From positions 33,191-97,190 of the forward strand of contig JACRFK010000009.1 in the NCBI GenBank assembly GCA_016217925.1: 64,000 nt of DNA. Reading direction: 5' to 3'. Under the pieces are notes generated by a model, which was not told the origin of the DNA, did not search any database, and worked only from the letters and a program-made list of their open reading frames with translations. Numbering within the stretch: the stretch's first letter is position 1; each line of letters opens with the position of its first letter. Shown piece after piece: positions 55,761 through 64,000 of this stretch. Source of the DNA: Candidatus Kaiserbacteria bacterium (GTDB taxonomy: Bacteria > Patescibacteriota > Minisyncoccia > Phycocordibacterales > UBA2100). The translations under genes and the position numbers were made by a program.

Positions 55761-56267
55761 ATGAATAAGCCTTCGATCTGCGCGGTGGTCGCGATAGGGA
55801 AAAATCGGGAGCTGGGAAAAGAGGGGAAACTGCTTTGGCACATTCCCGACGACCTGAAGCGTTTCAAAGAATTGACGCTCGGGCGTCCCGTCATCATGGG
55901 TCGCAAGACTTTTGAATCCATTCTCGGCTATACGGGCGGCAAGCCGCTTCCAGGGCGCACGAACATCATCGTCACGCGCGACGCCGGGTGGAGGTATGAG
56001 GGGGTCATCGTTGCGCCGTCGCTCGAAGATGCTCTGGAAAAAGCCAAACGACTCGACGCTGAAGAGATACACATCGGCGGCGGGGCGCAAATCTATGAAC
56101 AAGCCTTGCCGTACATCACCAAGCTCTACCTCACGCTCGTAGACGACACAAAAGAGGCCGACACCTTTTTCCCCGCGTATGCCGATGAGTTTACAAAAAA
56201 AGTATTTGAAGAAGAGAGGGAATGGAACGGATTGAAATATTCGTGGGTGGATTTGGAGAGGGTATAA
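55761..56267 (+). CDS. folA: Dihydrofolate reductase
   Basis: LLWHIPDDLKRFK, VIMGRKTFESI, LPGRTNI, GGAQIY, ADTFFP. Confidence 0.97.
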   Translation: MNKPSICAVVAIGKNRELGKEGKLLWHIPDDLKRFKELTLGRPVIMGRKTFESILGYTGGKPLPGRTNIIVTRDAGWRYEGVIVAPSLEDALEKAKRLDAEEIHIGGGAQIYEQALPYITKLYLTLVDDTKEADTFFPAYADEFTKKVFEEEREWNGLKYSWVDLERV

Positions 56268-56286
56268 AAACGAACGGGGCGGCTTT

Positions 56287-56871
56287 TCATGGGCCGCCCC
56301 GGTTAACAAGGTGCTTCGGATCGAGTTGCTTGGGATCATTTGGGAATAGTGCTAGGAACGCTGAGACCCGTTTCTCAAGGAGCTTTTTCCGGTTCGTAGG
56401 ATGGTTGAACCTCAACCATGTATCAGCCGTGAGGGGACTTTCCGGATCCTTCAGTTCCCGCCGGTACTCGTACCGACAGAATCCGCAGGACACGGTCACT
56501 CCCTCTTTGAAATAGCCACTGAAGTCATCCGCTTGCGGCGGCGCTTCGATGACCATGCCGATGATTCGGCTTTTCATCTTTCGTGCCATCTTGATGCCGA
56601 ACATCTCGGCACAGTGATCGGGACACATATGCTGCCGCGGCCCGACCCGCTCTTTGAAGTTGCTTGCGCCGATACACGCGAGTTCGCGCTTCGGCGTGAG
56701 CACGACGAGCCCCGCTCCGACGTCGAATGGCTTATCCGGCCTCGGAGAGAATGCGTCTTGTCGCTGTCCGTGGGCGATTTGCCCGAGCAGTCGCTTCTTG
56801 AGCTTCCAGATCCTGTCCAGGTCCATCGGTTCGACTAGAGCGAGCCGATGTATTTGATGGATTCTGACCAT
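56287..56871 (-). CDS. Cytidine-deaminase-like protein
   Basis: VGAGL...ASN...HCAE...SCGFCR; preceded by gaggagg. Confidence 0.75.
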   Translation of the reverse strand: MVRIHQIHRLALVEPMDLDRIWKLKKRLLGQIAHGQRQDAFSPRPDKPFDVGAGLVVLTPKRELACIGASNFKERVGPRQHMCPDHCAEMFGIKMARKMKSRIIGMVIEAPPQADDFSGYFKEGVTVSCGFCRYEYRRELKDPESPLTADTWLRFNHPTNRKKLLEKRVSAFLALFPNDPKQLDPKHLVNRGGP

Positions 56872-56884
56872 TTGACAGTCCTCC

Positions 56885-57448
56885 TCACGCGCTGGCGGTT
56901 GACGGTTGCCACGTATGCGACGGCTTTGCGAAGCAATACTCCTGAGTGACCGTAAAGCCGCCTTTCTCTACGGCTTGACGTTTTCCGTCGTTGCAGCTCA
57001 ACAATCGGATTTGTCTTGAGACCTGCAAGTCCCGCAAGATTGCGACTTCCTCGTCGTAACCGCGGAAGTCGTTGCTCTCGAGGCCGATGGCAGAGAGATC
57101 CTCGGCACTATCGCATCCCGTTTCTTGTCTGTTGGCCATGGCCAACGTCTTAGTCACGAGATCGACGCCGCGACCTTCTTTGTGCGGCGCGTAAACGAAC
57201 ACGCCGTGTTGTGCGCCGGCGATTACTCGCAACGCATCATCGATTTCTTGACGGCAGTCGCAGTCCGCCGAGTGGAAAACGGTGGCGTACACGCATCCGG
57301 ACTGGATCCGGACGAACGGGTTACCCGTGGTTACGTCGCCACAGGTGACACACGCGTAGTCGTGGCCGCCGATTTTGTAGGCGGTGCAAGCGAAGTTGCC
57401 GTACTTGGTTGTCGGAAGTTTGGCTTGCGCCCGGGCTTTGATCAACAT
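56885..57448 (-). CDS. GTP cyclohydrolase II-family protein (RibA-like)
   Basis: LPTTKYG.F, VRIQSGC...F.S.DCDC, EGRG, FRGY, IRLLSCN. Confidence 0.88.
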   Translation of the reverse strand: MLIKARAQAKLPTTKYGNFACTAYKIGGHDYACVTCGDVTTGNPFVRIQSGCVYATVFHSADCDCRQEIDDALRVIAGAQHGVFVYAPHKEGRGVDLVTKTLAMANRQETGCDSAEDLSAIGLESNDFRGYDEEVAILRDLQVSRQIRLLSCNDGKRQAVEKGGFTVTQEYCFAKPSHTWQPSTASA

Positions 57449-57460
57449 CAGTCATCTCCT

Positions 57461-58249
57461 TCAATTTACAGGTTGAAGTTCCCGCTGCGCCTCGTACTTT
57501 CGAAGAAGCGAGTCGGTAGCTTGAACGTACCGGATAGCCTTCCTCATATTGAGGAGGTCAGCCGGAAAATCACGCAGCTTTGATTCTGCGTCCGTACTTA
57601 GAGCGAACTGCCGAAGTAGGTCACTCAGACTTTCTTCCACGTTGTCACCATGAAGGCCGCCGGCAGCCACGAGACCGACATTCGGCAGTAGCTTCTCGAT
57701 TGCCTCGTAGGTGCGACGCGTAAAGTCCACGTTAATGTCCTTGCCTTCGCCTGCGCTCGGGTCAAGGATAACGCGGTCGAAGGTATCGCCGTACAACGCA
57801 AGCCGCCGCGCGACCGCCTTCGGCTCCCAGTTCACGGCGTCGAGTGACTCCTCTTGCAGTGCGATGGTGACGCACGCTCCAGGGTAACGTTTCTTATATT
57901 GGACGAGCGCTTTCGCACTCGGCCACATCGTGTTGAGCTGGAAGCCGTGAAAGCACGGCCCTGCCGCTTCGTGCGCCCTGCTCAGGTTCTCGAATAGATC
58001 GAACCCGGCATCCGGGTGGATATGCAGGACATTAAGCACATTGTTGTACGGAAGAAAGATTTCCGACAGACGTGATGTGGACGGACAGCGATTAGGCCAT
58101 TTGAATGGCTTCCAATCCGAGGGTTTCCCGTGAATGCCGCAGCCGACCATCAAGAGTCGATCGGTAGGCAGTGCCGCACGCACGGCACCCACCTGAGCAC
58201 CGGTTTCGAAACCGGTGATACCGACGTATGATTCTGGCCTCATGGCCAT
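57461..58249 (-). CDS. TrpF(PRAI)-like TIM-barrel protein
   Basis: VGITG, ILDPSAGEG, AAGGLHGDNVEE, STDAESKLR. Confidence 0.65.
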   Translation of the reverse strand: MAMRPESYVGITGFETGAQVGAVRAALPTDRLLMVGCGIHGKPSDWKPFKWPNRCPSTSRLSEIFLPYNNVLNVLHIHPDAGFDLFENLSRAHEAAGPCFHGFQLNTMWPSAKALVQYKKRYPGACVTIALQEESLDAVNWEPKAVARRLALYGDTFDRVILDPSAGEGKDINVDFTRRTYEAIEKLLPNVGLVAAGGLHGDNVEESLSDLLRQFALSTDAESKLRDFPADLLNMRKAIRYVQATDSLLRKYEAQRELQPVN

Positions 58250-58308
58250 CCTCCTCTGTTTGTTACTCTATTACTTTAGGCGATGGTGTAAGCATCGCAC
58301 CGTAGCGA

Positions 58309-58338
58309 ATATAAACATAAATATATAGCGATGTCAAA
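58309..58338 (-). promoter_or_regulatory. Sigma70-like promoter of the trpF-like/ribA-like/deaminase operon
   Basis: TTGACA ... TATATT on the minus strand; SD gaggagg before the ATG. Confidence 0.65.
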
Positions 58339-58371
58339 TAAAAAGATGAGCTCCCGGTTTGCACCGGGAGC
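58337..58371 (-). terminator. Intrinsic terminator after the Urc1-like gene
   Basis: gctcccggt-ttgc-accgggagc with a T-rich tail on the minus strand. Confidence 0.7.
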
Positions 58372-58397
58372 CCGTTTGTTGTGGATCGACGCAAAGA

Positions 58398-59684
58398 TCA
58401 GGTGAGAAAAGTTCGGCCGCGCACCTCGTCCAATTTGGTGACGTTCGATGTCACGTCCATGGTGAAGTAACCGTCGGCCTTCTTCGCCTCGATTTCAACA
58501 TGAGCGTCGGCCGGGATGAGTTCCGCGGGGATCTCGATCCGTTCGATCACCTCGATGCCACTGCGTATAATGGCGTCGTATTTGTCGTTGGACATGCTCA
58601 CCAGCCTGATTCTGTGAAGACCGAGCCAGTGAAGTGGATCGGGCATGAACTGCTGGAAGCGCGCGTCCCGGAAGCCGGCCACTTGCTCAGTGCAAGCGAA
58701 GTACTGGGCAGCGGTGTCGCCGCCAGGCTGACGCTTCCTGCGGTTGTACACCATCAGTTTCGTAACTGCGCCGAGGCCACGTCCCTCCTTGTCGAAGTAG
58801 ACGATGACACCGACGCCGCCCTGTTGAGCGCAACGGACGCATTCCTCGAAGGCGTGCGTCAGATACGGGCGACAGCAGCAGACGTCGCTACTCAGCACAT
58901 CCGATCCGATACAGGCATCGTGCACGCGCACGGTGACCGTTGTTTTTGGGTCGGACAGTTTCTTCGCGTCACCGAAGATGATCACGAGCGTTTGCCCGAT
59001 AGGTGGCAAGAAAACCTGCAAGTCCCTTCTCGTCACAAGATCAGGGAACATGCCGCCGGTCTGTTCGACCAGCGTACGCCGCAAATCGAGCTCACTAATT
59101 CCGAGCCGATCCGCGACGCCAGGCAGGTGCCATACCGGATCGATCGCGATTTCGGTAACGGGACAGGCGTATGAGACCCTGCCCGTTGCTTCACCGTTGC
59201 GACGCTCATCTTCCGCTTTGAGGATTGAGCCGTCAACTTCCAGTCGGCCGGCGATGACCGCTTCGCGGATCTCGAGTGGACGAATGTACGCCCGAGTGAC
59301 AGCGATTGTCGGACGAATGTCGTATCCGCCCGCGATGAGGTCGGCGAACGTCTCGGTGACGTTCGCGCCGAACGGATCCAGCGTCACGATCTTTCCGGGT
59401 TCGAACCATTGCGGGAACGGCCCGATGACATCGGTCGGATACGTATCGTACAGATCCGGTTTCTTGGTCGGGTCGTACATCCCTGCAGCTACGGCCATGC
59501 TCCGGCTCAGCGAGAATTGTCCCCCATGAACACCCAGCACATTGCGGCGCTGAGGATCTGAAAGTGTCGCGATGATGGGGCCACGTTTGGCCGGGTCAGT
59601 TGCGCCCCAAAGGATTGGTAGAGGATTGGTCTCATGTGATGCAGGGTCTGATGCCCCGGCATTCACTACAGGTTTATTATTCAT
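58398..59684 (-). CDS. Urc1/Urg1-like GTP cyclohydrolase II-family protein with N-terminal extension
   Basis: PILWGA..P.KRGPIIA, RNVLGVHGG, VRVHDACIGSDV..SDVCCCRPYL, KEGRGLG.VTK, SMSNDKY, EIEAK..DGYF. Confidence 0.88.
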   Translation of the reverse strand: MNNKPVVNAGASDPASHETNPLPILWGATDPAKRGPIIATLSDPQRRNVLGVHGGQFSLSRSMAVAAGMYDPTKKPDLYDTYPTDVIGPFPQWFEPGKIVTLDPFGANVTETFADLIAGGYDIRPTIAVTRAYIRPLEIREAVIAGRLEVDGSILKAEDERRNGEATGRVSYACPVTEIAIDPVWHLPGVADRLGISELDLRRTLVEQTGGMFPDLVTRRDLQVFLPPIGQTLVIIFGDAKKLSDPKTTVTVRVHDACIGSDVLSSDVCCCRPYLTHAFEECVRCAQQGGVGVIVYFDKEGRGLGAVTKLMVYNRRKRQPGGDTAAQYFACTEQVAGFRDARFQQFMPDPLHWLGLHRIRLVSMSNDKYDAIIRSGIEVIERIEIPAELIPADAHVEIEAKKADGYFTMDVTSNVTKLDEVRGRTFLT

Positions 59685-59789
59685 CTTACACGTCCCTTCA
59701 ATGCTCTCTCATGAGAGCGGTTGCATTTTTATGGCAGAGCCATAAGCCACTTTTAGAGCCGAAAAGTTGGCGAACGGCACTAAGTGAAG

Positions 59790-59817
59790 ATTATACGATT
59801 AAAAGCTCTACTGTCAA
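59790..59817 (-). promoter_or_regulatory. Consensus sigma70 promoter
   Basis: TTGACA-16 nt-TATAAT on the minus strand, about 100 nt upstream of the ATG. Confidence 0.75.
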
Positions 59818-59896
59818 TAATCATACATACCGTTATTAAAAAAAGAACGCCTCGCCGATACGAAGACCAACGAGGGTTCTTCCATCAAGCGAAGCG

Positions 59897-60358
59897 TTAT
59901 AAGCCGGCTTTCCAGCTGGCGAAGGTGACGATGCCGGCGCCGATGAAGGCGACAGCGTGCCATCCGTTCAGTGGATTGCCACCATACAGTTTCATGACGA
60001 AGATTGTAACCACCTGCGCCATGAGGCAGATCAGGAAGTAATCGGGGTACTTTCCCGCAGGGGCAGTCAGGAATATGAGCAACGCCATGCAGCTCGTTCC
60101 CAAGAGCGAGATTACGCCGCCGAGAACGACCAGCCGGTACGAGCCTGGTGCCATTCCCGTCGGCCACCCACCTTGCCAGATCACTAGCGGAATCATCAAA
60201 ACAGCATAGACGATTCCGACCATCATCATGGAAGCACCGACAGGCATTTTGCTTGCCTCAATCGGGGCCGGCCATGTTACGAAGCATACGGCGATCAGTA
60301 TGCTGAGTGCGGGCAAGAAAAACGGCGCCGCCATTAGAGAAGCGAGCAGGTTTGTCAT
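59897..60358 (-). CDS. Small multi-TM protein (DMT-like)
   Basis: About five hydrophobic segments; SD gggagg before ATG 60358. Confidence 0.6.
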   Translation of the reverse strand: MTNLLASLMAAPFFLPALSILIAVCFVTWPAPIEASKMPVGASMMMVGIVYAVLMIPLVIWQGGWPTGMAPGSYRLVVLGGVISLLGTSCMALLIFLTAPAGKYPDYFLICLMAQVVTIFVMKLYGGNPLNGWHAVAFIGAGIVTFASWKAGL

Positions 60359-60422
60359 CGGTGTCCTCCCGAGTTGGAATTCAAGGAACGTATGGGAACA
60401 ATAGTACAATAATAGTGTCTTG

Positions 60423-61430
60423 TCAAGTTCTCCCAAGACTCTTCAAAACCTTTAAGTAGAGGCTTTCGACTATTTTCTGCTGGGCGCGGCCGGATTTGAC
60501 GTAGTGGTCGAGCCCGGGCGCAGCGTTCACTTCGAGCACCCAGTATTTCTTTGGCTTCTCGCGGATGTCGCCATGCACCATGAGGTCTACGCCGCAAAGT
60601 CGGAGACCCATGTCGCGGGTGAGCTTGACCGCGAGCTTCTTGAATTCTGGATGAATAGGCTTGGTCACGTCTACCGCATCGCCTCCGCTCGAGAGGTTGG
60701 CATTGTCGAGAAGAAAGACCTGTTTACCGCGTTCAGGCACGGAGCGGAGTGCAAGCTGCTGGATACCGAGCTTATGCGCGATGCGGATGTCGTCGAGCCG
60801 AATGCGCGTGTCGCGGCTTGATGCGACGAACCCTTTTTGTTTTTTCTTGAGGAGCGTCTTAATACTTGAGCGACCGTCGCCCACGACGGAGAGCGGAATG
60901 CGCTCGTACGCCGAGATGACTGTGTTGTCCAGGACCACGATGCGATAATCGCGCCCGCGCACCACGCGTTGGACCAAAGCGATGCGGTCGTTCCTGAATA
61001 CGAATCGCATAGCGCGGTAGAATTCGCGTTTGCCACGCACCACAAAAACGCCGCTCCCATGGCTTCCCGAATTGGGCTTCACGACGACGGGGAAGCGGAG
61101 CCTGCGCGCATAGCGGTACCCCGCGTCAATGTCGCGCCGCACGCCGAGCCCACGTGCGAAATCTTTGCGAAAAAATGTTTTTCCCTCGATGGTGGGGTAG
61201 CCCATGTGCGTCATGAAGAACGCTGCGTAGTCTTTGTCTTTGGCGATGTCGGAGGCGCCGACGGGATTCAAGTCGAGTGTGTTGTAGCGGAAATAACGTT
61301 TCTTCCCGTCTTTGAATAGTATCTGCCCGGCGATTTTCCACTCCGGCTCAAGCACAACCTGTGCGCCGAGCTTCTTACCGAGCTTTTGCAGCATCCCGGC
61401 GAGGACGAGATGTTCGGATTTCTTCTTCAT
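60423..61430 (-). CDS. ATP-grasp ligase (cyanophycin synthetase/RimK-like domain)
   Basis: AKDK, FPVVVKPNSGSHGSGV, GRDYRI, NANLSSGG, GVDL, LEVNAAPG; start uncertain. Confidence 0.88.
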   Translation of the reverse strand: MKKKSEHLVLAGMLQKLGKKLGAQVVLEPEWKIAGQILFKDGKKRYFRYNTLDLNPVGASDIAKDKDYAAFFMTHMGYPTIEGKTFFRKDFARGLGVRRDIDAGYRYARRLRFPVVVKPNSGSHGSGVFVVRGKREFYRAMRFVFRNDRIALVQRVVRGRDYRIVVLDNTVISAYERIPLSVVGDGRSSIKTLLKKKQKGFVASSRDTRIRLDDIRIAHKLGIQQLALRSVPERGKQVFLLDNANLSSGGDAVDVTKPIHPEFKKLAVKLTRDMGLRLCGVDLMVHGDIREKPKKYWVLEVNAAPGLDHYVKSGRAQQKIVESLYLKVLKSLGRT

Positions 61431-61520
61431 CTGCGCTATCATGGCACAATGGTTGGCGACATGCATCCCCCAAGGGGACTGCGATTTGCTGCGTCTCTTC
61501 GAGACGTGCAAATCGGGAGC

Positions 61521-61548
61521 TTGACATTTTGCGCGAAGGTAGTATCAT
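61521..61548 (+). promoter_or_regulatory. Promoter of purL (apparently leaderless)
   Basis: TTGACA-16 nt-TATCAT, 5 nt before ATG. Confidence 0.65.
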
Positions 61549-61553
61549 AGACC

Positions 61554-64000
61554 ATGGCAAATCGAATCGCAGTCTCCTCAAAAGTCCAAGATGCCCGTGC
61601 GGAAAGTCTTCTTCGCAATCTCAAAGCCCTGTTTCCTCAAAGCGCCTTAGAAGGCGCTTCTTACGTTCATGCCTACACTATAGACACGGAATTAGAGGCG
61701 AAGGAGTTGCAAAGCGTCGCCCTGCGCCTCACGCATCCTGTCGCGGAAACGTATTCCACAGATACAGTTCCGGCGCCGGGCGATTACGCGTATGTGATCG
61801 AAGTAGGATATCTTCCCGGCGTCACCGACAACGTCGGGCATACGGCGCGTCAAACGATAGAGGATTGCCTCGGTAGAAATCTCGGGGACGGGGGAGTGTA
61901 CTCTTCGTATTTTCTTTTTCTTTCGGGTGCTATTTCAGAAGAAGAAGCGCACAAGATGGCGCGGGAATTACACAACCCACTGATTGAACGCGCCACCGTA
62001 TACGCAAGGGGCGCTGAATTCAAGGTTGTCGTCCCGCGAGTCGAATTGCATGAACACACGACGACCGATGAAGTAAGCTTGGATGTCGACGACGTGGAGC
62101 TCACCCGCATCGGGAAGGAGGGCGTCAGGAACGCCGACGGTACCCGACGCGGACCACTCTCGCTCTCACTGAAGCAGCTCAAAGTGATACGCGACTACTT
62201 TTCCTCCGGAGGAGGATCCGCCTCCGGCGGACAAAAGCAAAAAAGGAACCCGACGGATATCGAATTGGAGTCGCTCGCACAGGCGTGGTCCGAGCACTGC
62301 AAGCACACAATATTCGCCGACCCGCTCGACGAGGTGAAGGAGGGTATCTATCGCCGCTACATCAAGGGGGCGACGGAGAAAATACGAAAGGCAAAGGGCA
62401 AGAAAGATTTTTGCGTCTCGGTCTTCAAGGATAATTCCGGAGCCATCGCCTTTGACGACAAATATCTCATCACGCACAAAGTGGAGACCCACAATTCTCC
62501 CTCAGGCCTCGACCCCTTCGGCGGCTCGGTGACGGCTATCGTCGGCGTCAATCGCGATTGTCTCGGATTCGGGCTCGGCGCGAAGCCCATTGCGAATGTC
62601 TACGGCTTCTGCGTTGCCGACCCCAACGATACGACCGAGCTTTTCCGCGACGCCAAAAAGACTCAGCCGCTTTTGCCCGCGCGCCGCATCCTCGAAGGTG
62701 TCGTTCATGGCGTGAACGCAGGCGGCAACCAAAGCGGCATTCCGACCCCGCTCGGATTCATTGCCGTCGACGCTTCGTACCGCGGCAAGCCTCTCGTCTT
62801 CGGCGGAACTGTCGGGCTCATACCAAGAAAAAATAAGGGCCGCAAACTGTACGAGAAAAAAGCAAAGGCGGGCGATTACATTGTGATGCTCGGCGGTCGG
62901 GTAGGGCTCGACGGTATCCACGGCGCGACCTTCTCTTCCGAATCGCTTTCAGGCGGTTCTCCCGCGACGGCAGTGCAAATAGGTGACCCTATTACGCAGA
63001 AGAAACTTTCGGACATGCTCATACGCGAAGCACGCGACAAGGGACTCTATTCGAGCATCACCGACGACGGCGCAGGCGGGCTCTCCGGCTCGGTGGGCGA
63101 GATGGCGCGCGAGAGCGGCGGTGCGCTCGTCGACCTCGAAAAAGTCCCACTCAAATATCCGGGGCTCGCACCGTGGCAGATATGGCTCTCAGAATCGCAA
63201 GAACGCATGACGCTTGCGGTGCCCAAGGCGAAGTGGGCGGCCTTCAAAAAGATATGCGACAGGCACGACGTCGAGGTTACCCGCATCGGGGAATTTACCA
63301 AATCCAGACGCTGCGTCATCCGCCACAACGGAAATGTCATCTCGGACATCCCGCTCAATTTCTTGCACGACGGACGGCCTATTGAGGTCCAAATGTCGAA
63401 AAAACCGGAGGTGAGTCGCGAGGACCAAACTCCGGCGAAGCTACCGCTCAAAGAAGCGGTGCTCGCCATGCTCTCGGGGCCGAACGTCGGCTCGATATCG
63501 TTCGTCTCGCAACAGTATGACCACGAAGTGCAGGGGAGCTCGGTCACGAAGCCTCTACAGGGCAGGGGCAGAGTAAATGCCGATGCGGGGGTGATACAGC
63601 CTCTCTCTGATTCACCAAGAGGCGTCGTCCTCTCGCACGGATACGCGCCGTGGTATTCCGCACTCGATACCTACGCCATGGCGGCCGCCTCTATTGATAC
63701 GGCCGTCCGCAACGCTATCGCGGCAGGAGCCTCGCGCGACTACCTCGCCATCCTCGACAATTTCTGCTGGTCATCTTCCGAAAAGCCTGAGCGCTTGTAC
63801 GAGCTGAAGCAGGCGGGCAAGGCCTGCTACGACATCGCGACCGCCTACGGTACGCCGTTTATTTCGGGCAAAGATTCGATGTACAACGACTTCCGTGGGT
63901 TCACAGCTGATGGAAAACCGACCCACATCGCCGCACTTCCGACGCTTCTCGTCTCCGCTATCGGCGTCATTCCCGATGTGGCGAAAGCGATGACGGTTGA
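61554..64000 (+). CDS. purL: Phosphoribosylformylglycinamidine synthase PurL (3'-partial; missing from the ORF track)
   Basis: PGVTDNVG, RNPTDIELESLAQAWSEHCKH, KVETHNSPS, DGIHGATFSS, SESQERM, QYDHEVQG, LDNFCW, FISGKDS. Confidence 0.96.
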   Translation, partial: MANRIAVSSKVQDARAESLLRNLKALFPQSALEGASYVHAYTIDTELEAKELQSVALRLTHPVAETYSTDTVPAPGDYAYVIEVGYLPGVTDNVGHTARQTIEDCLGRNLGDGGVYSSYFLFLSGAISEEEAHKMARELHNPLIERATVYARGAEFKVVVPRVELHEHTTTDEVSLDVDDVELTRIGKEGVRNADGTRRGPLSLSLKQLKVIRDYFSSGGGSASGGQKQKRNPTDIELESLAQAWSEHCKHTIFADPLDEVKEGIYRRYIKGATEKIRKAKGKKDFCVSVFKDNSGAIAFDDKYLITHKVETHNSPSGLDPFGGSVTAIVGVNRDCLGFGLGAKPIANVYGFCVADPNDTTELFRDAKKTQPLLPARRILEGVVHGVNAGGNQSGIPTPLGFIAVDASYRGKPLVFGGTVGLIPRKNKGRKLYEKKAKAGDYIVMLGGRVGLDGIHGATFSSESLSGGSPATAVQIGDPITQKKLSDMLIREARDKGLYSSITDDGAGGLSGSVGEMARESGGALVDLEKVPLKYPGLAPWQIWLSESQERMTLAVPKAKWAAFKKICDRHDVEVTRIGEFTKSRRCVIRHNGNVISDIPLNFLHDGRPIEVQMSKKPEVSREDQTPAKLPLKEAVLAMLSGPNVGSISFVSQQYDHEVQGSSVTKPLQGRGRVNADAGVIQPLSDSPRGVVLSHGYAPWYSALDTYAMAAASIDTAVRNAIAAGASRDYLAILDNFCWSSSEKPERLYELKQAGKACYDIATAYGTPFISGKDSMYNDFRGFTADGKPTHIAALPTLLVSAIGVIPDVAKAMTV

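Noticed and set aside
58250-58305. preQ1-like riboswitch in the trpF-like leader
   Set aside because: Only a short gcgatg/catcgc stem is present; the conserved loop and A-rich tail do not match well enough.

Overview
A 64 kb stretch of a small-genome bacterial chromosome. Gene content and style suggest Patescibacteria/CPR, probably Parcubacteria (inference): apparently leaderless genes, ATST-rich secreted proteins and code-11 stops. It carries housekeeping genes (lemA, htpX, class II nrdJ, murJ, lepA, hisS, glyA, tmk, folA, partial purL), four tRNAs and an enlarged RNase P RNA. An ~19 kb cluster encodes secreted/surface proteins with a subtilase, followed by a sugar-utilisation block and a nucleotide/folate block. 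Main observations: (1) a thymidylate cluster whose ThyA has Asp at the uracil-specificity Asn position and whose Dcd-fold neighbour lacks the catalytic Glu, next to a dCMP-deaminase-like gene, which suggests dTMP synthesis via 5-methyl-dCMP; (2) a TrpF-like + RibA(Tyr->Met) + deaminase operon with a Urc1-like cyclohydrolase, a candidate FolE-independent pterin route; (3) many short hairpin elements inserted in tRNAs, RNase P, lepA, purL and a start codon, often with the interrupted part duplicated so the gene survives, alongside two RAYT transposases with distinct repeat families; (4) secreted proteins sharing one Asn/Thr/Gly beta-hairpin repeat, a candidate fibre system; (5) a four-helix-bundle cassette with 7-nt periodic inverted flanks, plus an empty copy. 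All alignments were done by eye from recalled motifs and no searches were run, so novelty is unverified.
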